Shown piece by piece: positions 43,230-51,179 of a stretch of 64,000 nucleotides of DNA (position 1 is the first letter of the stretch; every line of letters starts with the position of its first letter). The stretch is from IMG/VR virus record IMGVR_UViG_3300027844_001828, positions 62,001 to 126,000 of that record; one strand, given 5' to 3'. A program made the position numbers and the translations under genes. The notes beneath the pieces were generated by a model. It had not been told where the DNA came from. It did not search any database and saw only the letters and a program-made list of their open reading frames with translations.

Positions 43230-43676
43230 ATGGCCGATAAGAGACTAATACAATTAAATGAAACCACCAAATTAGACGATCTCGATCTGGTCTATTCTAC
43301 GGGTCCAGTCTCTTCGGATGCCGCGATCACTCTGAAGGTATTAAGAGACTTGGTAAATCCTGTTGAGACAATCGTTGATAAGAGCGTTAGTTATAATGTG
43401 TTACCGGCGGACTGTGATGGGGGTTGGTTTTCTAATAAGAATGCATGGACCTCGGTTAATTTTTCATTGCCAGAGGCCTCTGATAATTTAACTATAGGGT
43501 TCATTGTCGAGGAAAGCGAACAATTAATAATAACTCCAACGGTAAATGATAAGGTGGCCTTCATAAATACGATTGATGGTGATGATATTAGAAGCAATAC
43601 GATTGGAGACTCTGTTTTCTTAAGAGCTACAAATAATGACTGGTATATAGTGTACTTAGGTGGGAGTTGGACATAA
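43230..43676 (+). CDS. Fibre/baseplate-like protein, paralogue 1
   Basis: MAD..I..L...DLVY N-terminus and a CD..WFSNK...FSLP domain. SigH-like promoter at 43177-43202. Confidence 0.65.
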   Translation: MADKRLIQLNETTKLDDLDLVYSTGPVSSDAAITLKVLRDLVNPVETIVDKSVSYNVLPADCDGGWFSNKNAWTSVNFSLPEASDNLTIGFIVEESEQLIITPTVNDKVAFINTIDGDDIRSNTIGDSVFLRATNNDWYIVYLGGSWT

Positions 43677-44137
43677 TGGCTGATCAGACTATTCCAAGTT
43701 TAACAGAGGCGACCACAGTATTCGATGCAGACCTTGTATATGTCGCCAGAAAGGGCCTTCAGGGGGGCTTTTCCGATAATCATGCAACTGTGGCCACACT
43801 TGGCCGATTTTTGCGTACAGGCCAAACAGAAGAGAAATCTTCAAATTATGTAATAAGCGTAGCAGAATGTGATAAAAGATGGTTTTCCAATAAGGATTCA
43901 ACACTGTCGATTGAGTTCTCTTTACCACCCGCCGCCGATGGATTAGAAGTTGGTATCGTTTTGGAAGAGAATGAGTCTGTAGTTGTGGCCCCACAAGGGA
44001 CCGATACTTTATTCCCCACCGGAGTATCAGACGGTGTCAAGATAACCGCTTCCTTGGCTGGAGCAACTGTTTATCTACGAGGATTCTCAGAAGGGTGGTG
44101 CATTCTATCCGAAGTTGGCACCTGGGTCACTGTATAA
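43676..44137 (+). CDS. Fibre/baseplate-like protein, paralogue 2
   Basis: TAATG coupling. ECDKRWFSNK...FSLP...YLRGFSEGW...GTW. Confidence 0.65.
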   Translation: MADQTIPSLTEATTVFDADLVYVARKGLQGGFSDNHATVATLGRFLRTGQTEEKSSNYVISVAECDKRWFSNKDSTLSIEFSLPPAADGLEVGIVLEENESVVVAPQGTDTLFPTGVSDGVKITASLAGATVYLRGFSEGWCILSEVGTWVTV

Positions 44138-44174
44138 TGTGAGACAATAGTTAATACAGTCTGGAAATCATACA

Positions 44175-45122
44175 ATGAGAAAACGCACAGCTGCCTTGAA
44201 GCATTGGGTTTCAATACTAATCACATTCATGCTCAAATATGGGCCTACCCTTAGAAACCACATTGATAAAATAGGTGGATATTGGGATGGTCCCTTAGAC
44301 AAGTATGGATATTTCCTACATATTAAAAAGTTCGAGGGTTTTTCAAAAAAGACGTTGAGTGAAAAAATCCTTCCATTAATGACTGATTTTGAGATTCACC
44401 CCTTATACAACCGAGACTTCTTCCAAGGCCTGACAGAAGGCCTTGGGGAGAAGGTCCAAAGCCCTTCCCACCGAATTTCTTTTTTTAACAGGACAGAATT
44501 GTTCGAATTTTTAGAATCTGGTGATCATGGATTCAATATTAGCTTTAATAATCAGAAGTATTATAGAAGTCGGACCAATAGCGTATATCTATTTAATTTG
44601 CCGAGGAAGGGAGAGATTGATAGATACTTTGCCGGAGTGTTGTCTTCTGGAGAGATTTGTTATGACAAAAAAGACCAGTTAGTATGTAGAGTCAACATAT
44701 TATGTAAAAGTGAATTAGAAAAATTTGGAATTCTTTACGAAGAAGTTAAAAACAGGTTGACAATCAGCCCCTTTTATGTTATGTTGTTTGCTGGTGAGTT
44801 GCCATTCGAGATTTTTTCGGCCTGGGTTAAGGCTATTGAGGAAACAAGTGGTAGATCATTGAGACGGGCCTCATATGACGCCTTGATTCACTGGAGACTG
44901 ATTTTCGGTAAAAAGCACTTTAAGCCGGGTCCATTCCCGTTCCTTTCCGCAAGGGAAAGCTACTACAGATTTGGCCCTCATTCCGTTAAGAAGTTGGAGG
45001 TTGAATTAAAGGGAAAAAGATTCGATTTTGTTGATAAAAGGATCATCAAAAGGTGTCACAGGTGGTATAATATGAGTAACGTCCAAATTGGCGAAAAACA
45101 AGACCAAAACAGTCTAAATTAA
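44175..45122 (+). CDS. Hypothetical protein with degenerate LAGLIDADG-like motifs
   Basis: FFQGLTEGLG and YFAGVLSSGE. Basic protein. Confidence 0.35.
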   Translation: MRKRTAALKHWVSILITFMLKYGPTLRNHIDKIGGYWDGPLDKYGYFLHIKKFEGFSKKTLSEKILPLMTDFEIHPLYNRDFFQGLTEGLGEKVQSPSHRISFFNRTELFEFLESGDHGFNISFNNQKYYRSRTNSVYLFNLPRKGEIDRYFAGVLSSGEICYDKKDQLVCRVNILCKSELEKFGILYEEVKNRLTISPFYVMLFAGELPFEIFSAWVKAIEETSGRSLRRASYDALIHWRLIFGKKHFKPGPFPFLSARESYYRFGPHSVKKLEVELKGKRFDFVDKRIIKRCHRWYNMSNVQIGEKQDQNSLN

Positions 45123-45133
45123 AGGGAATTAGT

Positions 45134-45734
45134 ATGACCACATTCAAGACAAAAATCAGCGACCTATTCGGAAAAGAAAAGGCGCTATTATCATTTACGG
45201 AGCGAGAAGTCTCCGCTTCACCCACCGGTTCTTCCAAGACCAAGCATCGCATCGCATCGCATTGCAATCATTGATCGTTCAGGATCTATGTATTATGACA
45301 TGGAAGACCTAAAGGGATGCATCAAGAAAGTTTTCGATTATCTTGTTTTAGGGAAACAGGGCGATGCCGATATAGCCAACGTCTTGAAAGAGTCCAAGGC
45401 CGATAGTCTTGGTACGTTAACAAAGAATGGACTCCAATCCGCTGACAAGGAAAAGGCAATTGCGGCACTTGTAAATGCTGATAAGAAGTTGAACAAGTAT
45501 ATCAATGATCTCTACATGGATAATGTCTTTTCGATCTTATTTTACATGGGGTCATTCGGTATGGTTCCAGACGATAGGAATGCACGAGCGTTGGACGCAG
45601 AAGAGTTCAAGACAAAGTGTCCAGATGCGAAAATTGGCAAGAATGAGGCGGACGGGATCTTCTTCGCCCTTGACAATGATGTGAACTTCGGTATTGTAAG
45701 TGAACGTCGGTACGTATCGATGGATAGAAAATAA
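45134..45734 (+). pseudogene. vWA-domain protein remnant, frameshifted by (GCATC)3 and apparently internally deleted
   Basis: Removing 2 GCATC units gives MTTFK...KHRIAIIDRSGSMYYDMEDLK (MIDAS DxSxS). Too short for a full vWA domain. Confidence 0.65.
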
Positions 45735-45744
45735 TAGAGGCTGA

Positions 45745-46461
45745 ATGGGGGCCAACCGGCCCCCTAAGCTTTCCAACGATAGGGTCTATGAAATGGAAAT
45801 AGAGCATATTTATTGTAAGAAATGTGGAAAAAACAAGGGGCGGCAACCATCTTTGACTGTCAACCCAATATATTGCGAAGATTGTCGTAAAGGAATCGTA
45901 CCAGAGGATTTTGAGGGAAGCGTTGCAATTTGCATGCTTGGGAAAGCTGGATGCGGAAAAGACACAGTAGCCGACTACCTATGTAGAAATGAACAATTCA
46001 TTAGGATGGCTCTTGCAGATCCAATTAGGGATATTGTTCAAATAGCCCTTGTCAAAGACCATGAAAGCATATGGGACCGAGACAAAAGAGAGGAAGAGCT
46101 TGAAGATTTCCCAGGTTTTACGGTAAGGAAATTGTTACAACTTGTTGGTACAGAGTTGTTTAGGAAAAATGTATCAGAAGACATTTGGGTTCGGAACCTA
46201 ATCCAAAGGCTTGAGCCTGGAAGGAACTATGTTATTACAGACGTGAGATTTCCCAATGAGCTTGATCAGATCCGCAATGAATTTGGCGGCAAGACGATAT
46301 TTGTTAAAGTCGTTCGAGAGGGATGTGAGGGAAAAGACGTTGGAATACAGAATCACGAGTCCGAAAGCTATGACCTTGAAGGCGATATAGTCATAGATAA
46401 TAATGGCTCATTAAAGGATTTGGAGAGGAAAATTGAGAAGGATCTTGTAGAACTAATTTAA
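45745..46461 (+). CDS. Deoxynucleoside monophosphate kinase with an N-terminal Zn ribbon
   Basis: CKKC...CEDC, GKAGCGKDTVA, ALADPIR, RKLLQLVGTE, ITDVRFPNE, HESE. Confidence 0.9.
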   Translation: MGANRPPKLSNDRVYEMEIEHIYCKKCGKNKGRQPSLTVNPIYCEDCRKGIVPEDFEGSVAICMLGKAGCGKDTVADYLCRNEQFIRMALADPIRDIVQIALVKDHESIWDRDKREEELEDFPGFTVRKLLQLVGTELFRKNVSEDIWVRNLIQRLEPGRNYVITDVRFPNELDQIRNEFGGKTIFVKVVREGCEGKDVGIQNHESESYDLEGDIVIDNNGSLKDLERKIEKDLVELI

Positions 46462-46479
46462 CCAATTAGAGATACAAGA

Positions 46480-47928
46480 ATGGCCGATTCCCCTGTAACA
46501 ACCTTAACGAAAAATAATTCCCCGGATTTTAACGACATCATGTATGTCGGTCAAGATAATGGGTCCAATTGGTATTTAGACAAAAAAGCAGATTTTGGAA
46601 CGATTCAAGATCATGCCACCTCTATAAATACAATTAATAAGGGTGGCAACTACACAATCCCCATATCTGAATGCGATGGGCGCTGGATTTCAAATAAAAG
46701 CACCTCCGGTCATACCATATATAGCCTGCCAGAAGGAAAAGAGGGATATCAAATATCTTTTGTTATTGAAGCCAATCAATGGCTTGAGATCAATCCAATT
46801 TCTACAGATTCTATTTTACCAACGGGCGTCACTGTAAATGGCAATGTTTATTCCCAATCGATTGGAAGTACGATAGTCCTGAGAGGATTTGAGGGTGGAT
46901 GGTTAATCTCTTCCATGTACGGGACCTGGGATAATCTTGGAAGCTCAAGTAGTTCTTCGGAAGAAATTGTAGCTGCAATTAAAACCATCATGCCAGACGG
47001 TGGAGGCGATTATACAACTCTTGCTTTATGGGAGGATTGGGCAGATGATCAGGTAAGTACGGATCAATGGGCAGAGTGTTATGATGGCGTTGCTGATATG
47101 GGAATCTTTACTATTTCTGGCTGGACCGGGACGCCTTCAGCCACAGAATACCCAAGAATTTATGCTCCATTAGCAGAAAGGCATAACGGGACATCAGGAA
47201 GTGCAGGAGCATGGATTGAAGATGACTCGGCAACAACCGCAATTCTTGTCCAAGTTGATTTTACAAGAATTGAAGGTATTAGAATAGTCGCTTCAGCAGG
47301 ATTTAGTAACAGATCAATAAAAGTTTACAACGCAGATAATGCAATAATAGATTCGAACCTTTTGGACTCAACGACAAGTGCTGGTGGCATAGCGATTGAG
47401 GTGCGACAAGGAATAGAAAATACGTATACTGTTACGATTAGAAATAATATCATATATGGAGACGCTTATGGCGATGGACTTTATGTCTATCCCCATTCTA
47501 CCGGCCTTGGAACTTACACTCTTAATTCATTTATATATAACAATACAATTGATAATTGCTCTCTTCATGGAATTCATCTATGGGAATACGCAGCATCTGG
47601 TCTTCCTGTGCATAATACTACATGCGAAAATAATGTAGTTACAAATACCGCCACTAAAGATTTTGAAATTATTATGACAAATGGGACGATAACTACGAAT
47701 AATAATTGCTCTGAAGATGACACCGCTGATGATGATGGTGGATCTGATCACTTAATTAGTCAGACTCCTGGCGACTTGTTCGTAACAGAAGGATCTGATC
47801 ATAACCTTAAGACCGGATCAAATGCTATTGACGCCGGTAAGACAATTGGCACATTTGCAATTGACGCACTCAAGGTCGCCAGACCACAGGGCGCAAGTTG
47901 GGATATCGGAGCATTGGAAAAAGTTTAA
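46480..47928 (+). CDS. Fibre-like protein paralogue 3 with a C-terminal parallel beta-helix (tailspike/adhesin-like)
   Basis: Same N-terminal domain as 43230/43676, poly-Ser linker, IRNNII/IYNNTI repeats, LKTGSNAIDAG...RPQGASWDIGALE. Confidence 0.75.
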   Translation: MADSPVTTLTKNNSPDFNDIMYVGQDNGSNWYLDKKADFGTIQDHATSINTINKGGNYTIPISECDGRWISNKSTSGHTIYSLPEGKEGYQISFVIEANQWLEINPISTDSILPTGVTVNGNVYSQSIGSTIVLRGFEGGWLISSMYGTWDNLGSSSSSSEEIVAAIKTIMPDGGGDYTTLALWEDWADDQVSTDQWAECYDGVADMGIFTISGWTGTPSATEYPRIYAPLAERHNGTSGSAGAWIEDDSATTAILVQVDFTRIEGIRIVASAGFSNRSIKVYNADNAIIDSNLLDSTTSAGGIAIEVRQGIENTYTVTIRNNIIYGDAYGDGLYVYPHSTGLGTYTLNSFIYNNTIDNCSLHGIHLWEYAASGLPVHNTTCENNVVTNTATKDFEIIMTNGTITTNNNCSEDDTADDDGGSDHLISQTPGDLFVTEGSDHNLKTGSNAIDAGKTIGTFAIDALKVARPQGASWDIGALEKV

Positions 47929-48196
47929 CATAGCTTTACTTTTCCGAAAGACAGAGTTATATTGACCCAAATTATTCTAAGGAGGGTTTACATGGCTTCA
48001 GTAAAGGTTGAAAACGCGACAGACATAATCGAGAGATATGAGTCCAGACTCACCAGAAATCAGAAGAGAATCCTCAAATCTATGCAGACGGGAATTTCAT
48101 CATGTTGAGAATCGAAAGGTTTAACCCTGTTTGGACACTCATGAGTCCGAAATTACTGGAAGCGGTTATTGTTCAGAATGTGTAAATGATAGTTAA

Positions 48197-48339
48197 TAAT
48201 GCCCTTTTGGTGGGCGGGTCCAACCTGAGTCAAACCACTATGCAAGGCTGCATGCTTAAGGGTCAACGGGTTAGCTGAGCACCCTACCTACCGCTTCCTA
48301 CACAAATTACGAGCTTACCCGCGCCCCAAAAAGGCATTA
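48197..48339 (+). ncRNA. Unassigned structured RNA (rod-like, 6S-like size)
   Basis: The ends pair (TAATGCC-TTTTGG-GCGGGT with ACCCGC-CCAAAA-GGCATTA) around internal hairpins. Confidence 0.45.
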
Positions 48340-49035
48340 CTAAGGAGAGAGTAAAGTGGATAGCCAGTTGAGAAAAGAATTTGAGGATTGTATCAAAAAT
48401 TGGACATGGGAAGATATTCATAAATCCATGAAGGCGGTAGAGGATTATCCTGACATTGTAGAATTCTTTTGGGGAGAGAACATGCTCAGAGGTCGAGGGT
48501 TTTATCAGGAATCTCTCCTGGGAAGATATTCAGGTGGCTTTGAAAGAAGTGGAGTCCTTTATTGATATCGAAGTATTCTTTGGAGATAAAAAATGCCCAT
48601 GCACAAGCACAGGTGTTTCTTTCAAGGATGGTATAAAAACAGTGTGTTGCGCTCATTGCGGAAAAGTAAAGTGGAGGGTGGGGCCACAGGATCTTACCGG
48701 AAGTCCAGCGTATGGATGCTAATACAAAGATATTTAAAACTACTATTTGGAGACAAAATTAATAACTGGAAAACAAGAGCGTTGATTGGTACGGTTGAAG
48801 AAGTGAGAATTCGTGAAAGAAACTCAACTTGGAAGCGTATGGTAGAATGTGTGGGAAATTGGAAGAAGTGGAAAAGGAAAGGGGACAATGATGAACGATA
48901 ATTACGATAAACCATGAAGGCAAAGTCAGGGCGAGATAAGGATAAGCCCCGGTCGAACATCGGGAACTGGCTCCGTAGATACGTTGAGAGAAGAACGTGT
49001 CGAAAGTGGGAACGAACAAAAACTTCAAAGCTGAC

Positions 49036-49063
49036 TTGACAAATCGAAAAGTCATGGTATAAT
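49036..49063 (+). promoter_or_regulatory. Strong sigma70 promoter of the tRNA array
   Basis: TTGACA-16 nt-TATAAT with extended -10 TG. Confidence 0.85.
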
Positions 49064-49140
49064 AAACACATTGAAAGCAGGAGTTCTTCTCGAAAGTTTA
49101 GTAGCAGTCTAACACAACACAACCTAACAAGGTTAAGAAA

Positions 49141-49233
49141 ATGAAAAGGTTCAGTTTACAATCAAGTCAGCCGTCATTGCCCGAATCGCTCTCCGAGCCA
49201 TTCGTTGCTCCCTGCTGCCAGGTTGTTGCATGA
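49141..49233 (+). CDS. Leader peptide (30 aa) MKRFSLQSSQPSLPESLSEPFVAPCCQVVA
   Basis: Short ORF between the promoter and the terminator. Codons 5-20 encode only S/L/Q/P/E. Confidence 0.7.
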   Translation: MKRFSLQSSQPSLPESLSEPFVAPCCQVVA

Positions 49234-49254
49234 GTCTTTAAGTAGATGTGCCAC

Positions 49255-49306
49255 AAAGGCCTCTGAAGCTGGGAGTAATTCCAGCTTCAGAGGCCTTTTT
49301 GTTTTT
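49255..49306 (+). terminator. Attenuator terminator
   Basis: 15-bp perfect stem GGCCTCTGAAGCTGG/CCAGCTTCAGAGGCC followed by TTTTTGTTTTT. Confidence 0.9.
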
Positions 49307-49314
49307 AGTTTTGA

Positions 49315-49326
49315 GATCTTTGAAAA
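49315..49326 (+). promoter_or_regulatory. rrn-type boxA antitermination element
   Basis: GATCTTTGAAAA directly before the first tRNA. Confidence 0.65.
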
Positions 49327-49340
49327 TTGAATAGTATATA

Positions 49341-49419
49341 AAATTGGTTGTATTATGCATAGTATGTCCACGTTTCGTGGACTTACTGTGTATTATCGGA
49401 GTGTAGGAAAGTCTGGTCA
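49341..49419 (+). repeat. 79-bp perfect direct repeat, copy 1 (hairpin plus tRNA-Pro 5' end)
   Basis: Identical to 50011-50089. Confidence 0.95.
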
Positions 49420-49474
49420 TCGCGCTTGTTCCGGAAACAAGAGAACGAAAGTTCGAATCTTTCCACCCAGACCA
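49397..49474 (+). tRNA. tRNA-Pro(CGG), atypical/chimeric
   Basis: Stem CTTGT/ACAAG, loop TC-CGG-AA, T-arm GAAAG-TTCGAAT-CTTTC, ACCA end. Acceptor mismatches G2:A71 and A4:C69. Confidence 0.6.
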
Positions 49475-49498
49475 GTTTTAATAATAGGAGATTATAAA

Positions 49499-49690
49499 AT
49501 GAATAAAATAGATGATATAGCGAATGATATTATTGCAGGAAGTGAATTGCCAAATTTAATTGAGTTAGTTCCTGAGAATTTTGTTCTTCTTGGAGAGATT
49601 AAAATGGCAATCATGAAAGCTGTTAAGATTGGGTTGAATATGGAAATAGAATTGCAAAAAGAATTTATTCTTAGTGGCAATAAGACTTAA
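49499..49690 (+). CDS. Small hypothetical protein
   Basis: MNKIDDIAND... with an AGGAG RBS. Confidence 0.5.
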   Translation: MNKIDDIANDIIAGSELPNLIELVPENFVLLGEIKMAIMKAVKIGLNMEIELQKEFILSGNKT

Positions 49691-49702
49691 GGAGAAATAA
49701 TA

Positions 49703-49792
49703 ATGTTAGAAATATCTATTGGTTTGGTAGTTGTAATAGTCGCATCATGTTCTTGGCTCGTATGGTTTATGGCAAAGAACGTATGGGGATAA
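49703..49792 (+). CDS. 29-aa single-TM peptide
   Basis: MLEISIGLVVVIVASCSWLVWFMAKNVWG, preceded by TAAGACTTAAGGAGA. Confidence 0.5.
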   Translation: MLEISIGLVVVIVASCSWLVWFMAKNVWG

Positions 49793-49808
49793 GACTTAAG
49801 GAGATACA

Positions 49809-50012
49809 ATGAAAGGGTTGCATTATGATGATGTTGGAAATCGTAAGTTAATTGAAACTTTGGTTACTGTTTTACTTCAAGATGGATTGAAGGGAGAAGA
49901 TATGATTGGGGTTTTAACTAAGAATGGAGCGTTTAAAGTATTGAATGGAGATCAATTATGTGCGGTTGCAGAAGCAATGGAAGAAGTTTATAAGGATATG
50001 TTGTTGAAATAA
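49809..50012 (+). CDS. Small hypothetical protein
   Basis: Preceded by the same TAAGACTTAAGGAGA 15-mer. Confidence 0.55.
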   Translation: MKGLHYDDVGNRKLIETLVTVLLQDGLKGEDMIGVLTKNGAFKVLNGDQLCAVAEAMEEVYKDMLLK

Positions 50013-50089
50013 ATTGGTTGTATTATGCATAGTATGTCCACGTTTCGTGGACTTACTGTGTATTATCGGAGTGTAGGAAAGTCTGGTCA
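50011..50089 (+). repeat. 79-bp perfect direct repeat, copy 2 (ends in a truncated tRNA-Pro 5' fragment)
   Basis: Identical to 49341-49419. Confidence 0.95.
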
Positions 50090-50108
50090 GCGATACCAAT
50101 TTATAAGA

Positions 50109-50184
50109 TGCCTCGTAGCATAACTGGTAATGCAACAGCCTCTGAAGCTGTTTTATCTTGGTTCAAATCCAAGCGGGGTAGCCA
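50109..50184 (+). tRNA. tRNA-Gln(CTG)
   Basis: U1-A72, anticodon arm ACAGC-CTCTGAA-GCTGT, T-arm CTTGG-TTCAAAT-CCAAG, GCCA. Confidence 0.92.
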
Positions 50185-50190
50185 TTTTAT

Positions 50191-50267
50191 AGGGATGAGG
50201 GCTTGTTGGTAAGCCGCATGCTCTGGAAGCATGAGTACTCTGGGTTCGACTCCCAGTATCCTGACCA
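50191..50267 (+). tRNA. tRNA-Pro(TGG), atypical
   Basis: CATGC-TCTGGAA-GCATG, CTGGG-TTCGACT-CCCAG, ACCA. A1:G72 mismatch, C33, A37. Confidence 0.8.
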
Positions 50268-50286
50268 TTTTCAGATGTTATTAGAC

Positions 50287-50314
50287 TTGACATTCACCTG
50301 TTTTCATGTATATT
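50287..50314 (+). promoter_or_regulatory. Internal sigma70-type promoter
   Basis: TTGACA-16 nt-TATATT upstream of tRNA-Ser. Confidence 0.5.
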
Positions 50315-50400
50315 AATTCCATTAGAGCTTGAAGACTGGCAGAAAACTGAAATTATGAATATCTTTACCGAAAGAATGCAAGCAGAGATAGGGTAACATC

Positions 50401-50490
50401 GGAGGGGTGGCTGAGTGGCTAAAGGCACCTGTCTTGAATACAGGAGGGCGTGAAAGCGTCCCGTGGGTTCGAATCCCACTCCCTCTGCCA
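50401..50490 (+). tRNA. tRNA-Ser(TGA)
   Basis: CCTGT-CTTGAAT-ACAGG, long variable arm, GTGGG-TTCGAAT-CCCAC, GCCA. Confidence 0.95.
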
Positions 50491-50493
50491 AAT

Positions 50494-50581
50494 GGCCTCG
50501 TGGCGTAACTGGCAGACGCGGCAGGATTTAAAATCCTGTGTCCGAAAGGGTGTTAGGGTTCGACTCCCTACGAGGTCACCA
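50494..50581 (+). tRNA. tRNA-Leu(TAA)
   Basis: CAGGA-TTTAAAA-TCCTG, long variable arm, TAGGG-TTCGACT-CCCTA, ACCA. Confidence 0.93.
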
Positions 50582-50631
50582 ATTAAAAGGTTATATGATT
50601 TGTTATTCAGAAATATATAGTGAGGTGAATA

Positions 50632-51042
50632 ATGGATTGGTATAAAAAATCAAATGTAGATCTTGAGCAGAGAATAAAAATTCTTGTTCCACAAATGGTC
50701 ACTAAGTCACAAAGTGTTTACGACGCCTGGGATCAAGATGAAGATGGAATTGATGTATGGCTTGGGTGTGGTGGGATATGTCAAGACATTGCTGATGGAA
50801 TATGTGATGTTTTGACAATGAATGGAATTGATTGCACTTCTGTTTCGGCCCAAGTTGGAGAGCAGCATGTATGGGCTATAGCTTATGAAGGAAGCGAGGC
50901 TTTTGATTTAGATATTCATCCTGGAAATTACGAAACTGGTGGTGGGTATAATTGGAAAAAGATACCAGGGGTTGTATTTACCACTGATATGGTGTCAATT
51001 GAACGAAACAGTTTTTTTGATCCTGAGGATGAAGATTATTAG
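50632..51042 (+). CDS. MDWYK-leader protein with a transglutaminase/papain-like Cys-His-Asp pattern
   Basis: GICQDIA...QHVWA...DLDI. SigH-like promoter at 50588-50613. Confidence 0.55.
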   Translation: MDWYKKSNVDLEQRIKILVPQMVTKSQSVYDAWDQDEDGIDVWLGCGGICQDIADGICDVLTMNGIDCTSVSAQVGEQHVWAIAYEGSEAFDLDIHPGNYETGGGYNWKKIPGVVFTTDMVSIERNSFFDPEDEDY

Positions 51043-51092
51043 GAAGAGTTGGCCGAAAGATCGCAGGGTAGCGGCTACTGTCTCTTCTGCCA
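51042..51092 (+). pseudogene. Internally deleted tRNA-Ser remnant
   Basis: GGAAGAG/CTCTTCT acceptor stem plus GCCA, but only 51 nt with the anticodon arm missing. Confidence 0.65.
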
Positions 51093-51108
51093 TTTTATAG
51101 TTTTATGT

Positions 51109-51179
51109 GGAAAGCATCCGGCTGGATGAGGAGGTGCCCAATTGATCAGGGCCGTGGGTTCGAATCCCACTCTATAGCA
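51109..51179 (+). pseudogene. Chimeric tRNA remnant (5' of one tRNA fused to 3' of another)
   Basis: GGAAAGCATCCGGCTGGATGAGGAG is joined to a variable arm plus GTGGGTTCGAATCCCAC. The acceptor strands do not pair and there is no anticodon arm. Confidence 0.55.

Noticed and set aside
49355-49498. 5' extension of ORF 49355..49690 as coding
   Set aside because: It overlaps the repeat hairpin and tRNA-Pro. The RBS-supported start is 49499.
50294-50491. Minus-strand ORF MAEGVGFEPT...
   Set aside because: This is the typical antisense translation of a tRNA-Ser gene.
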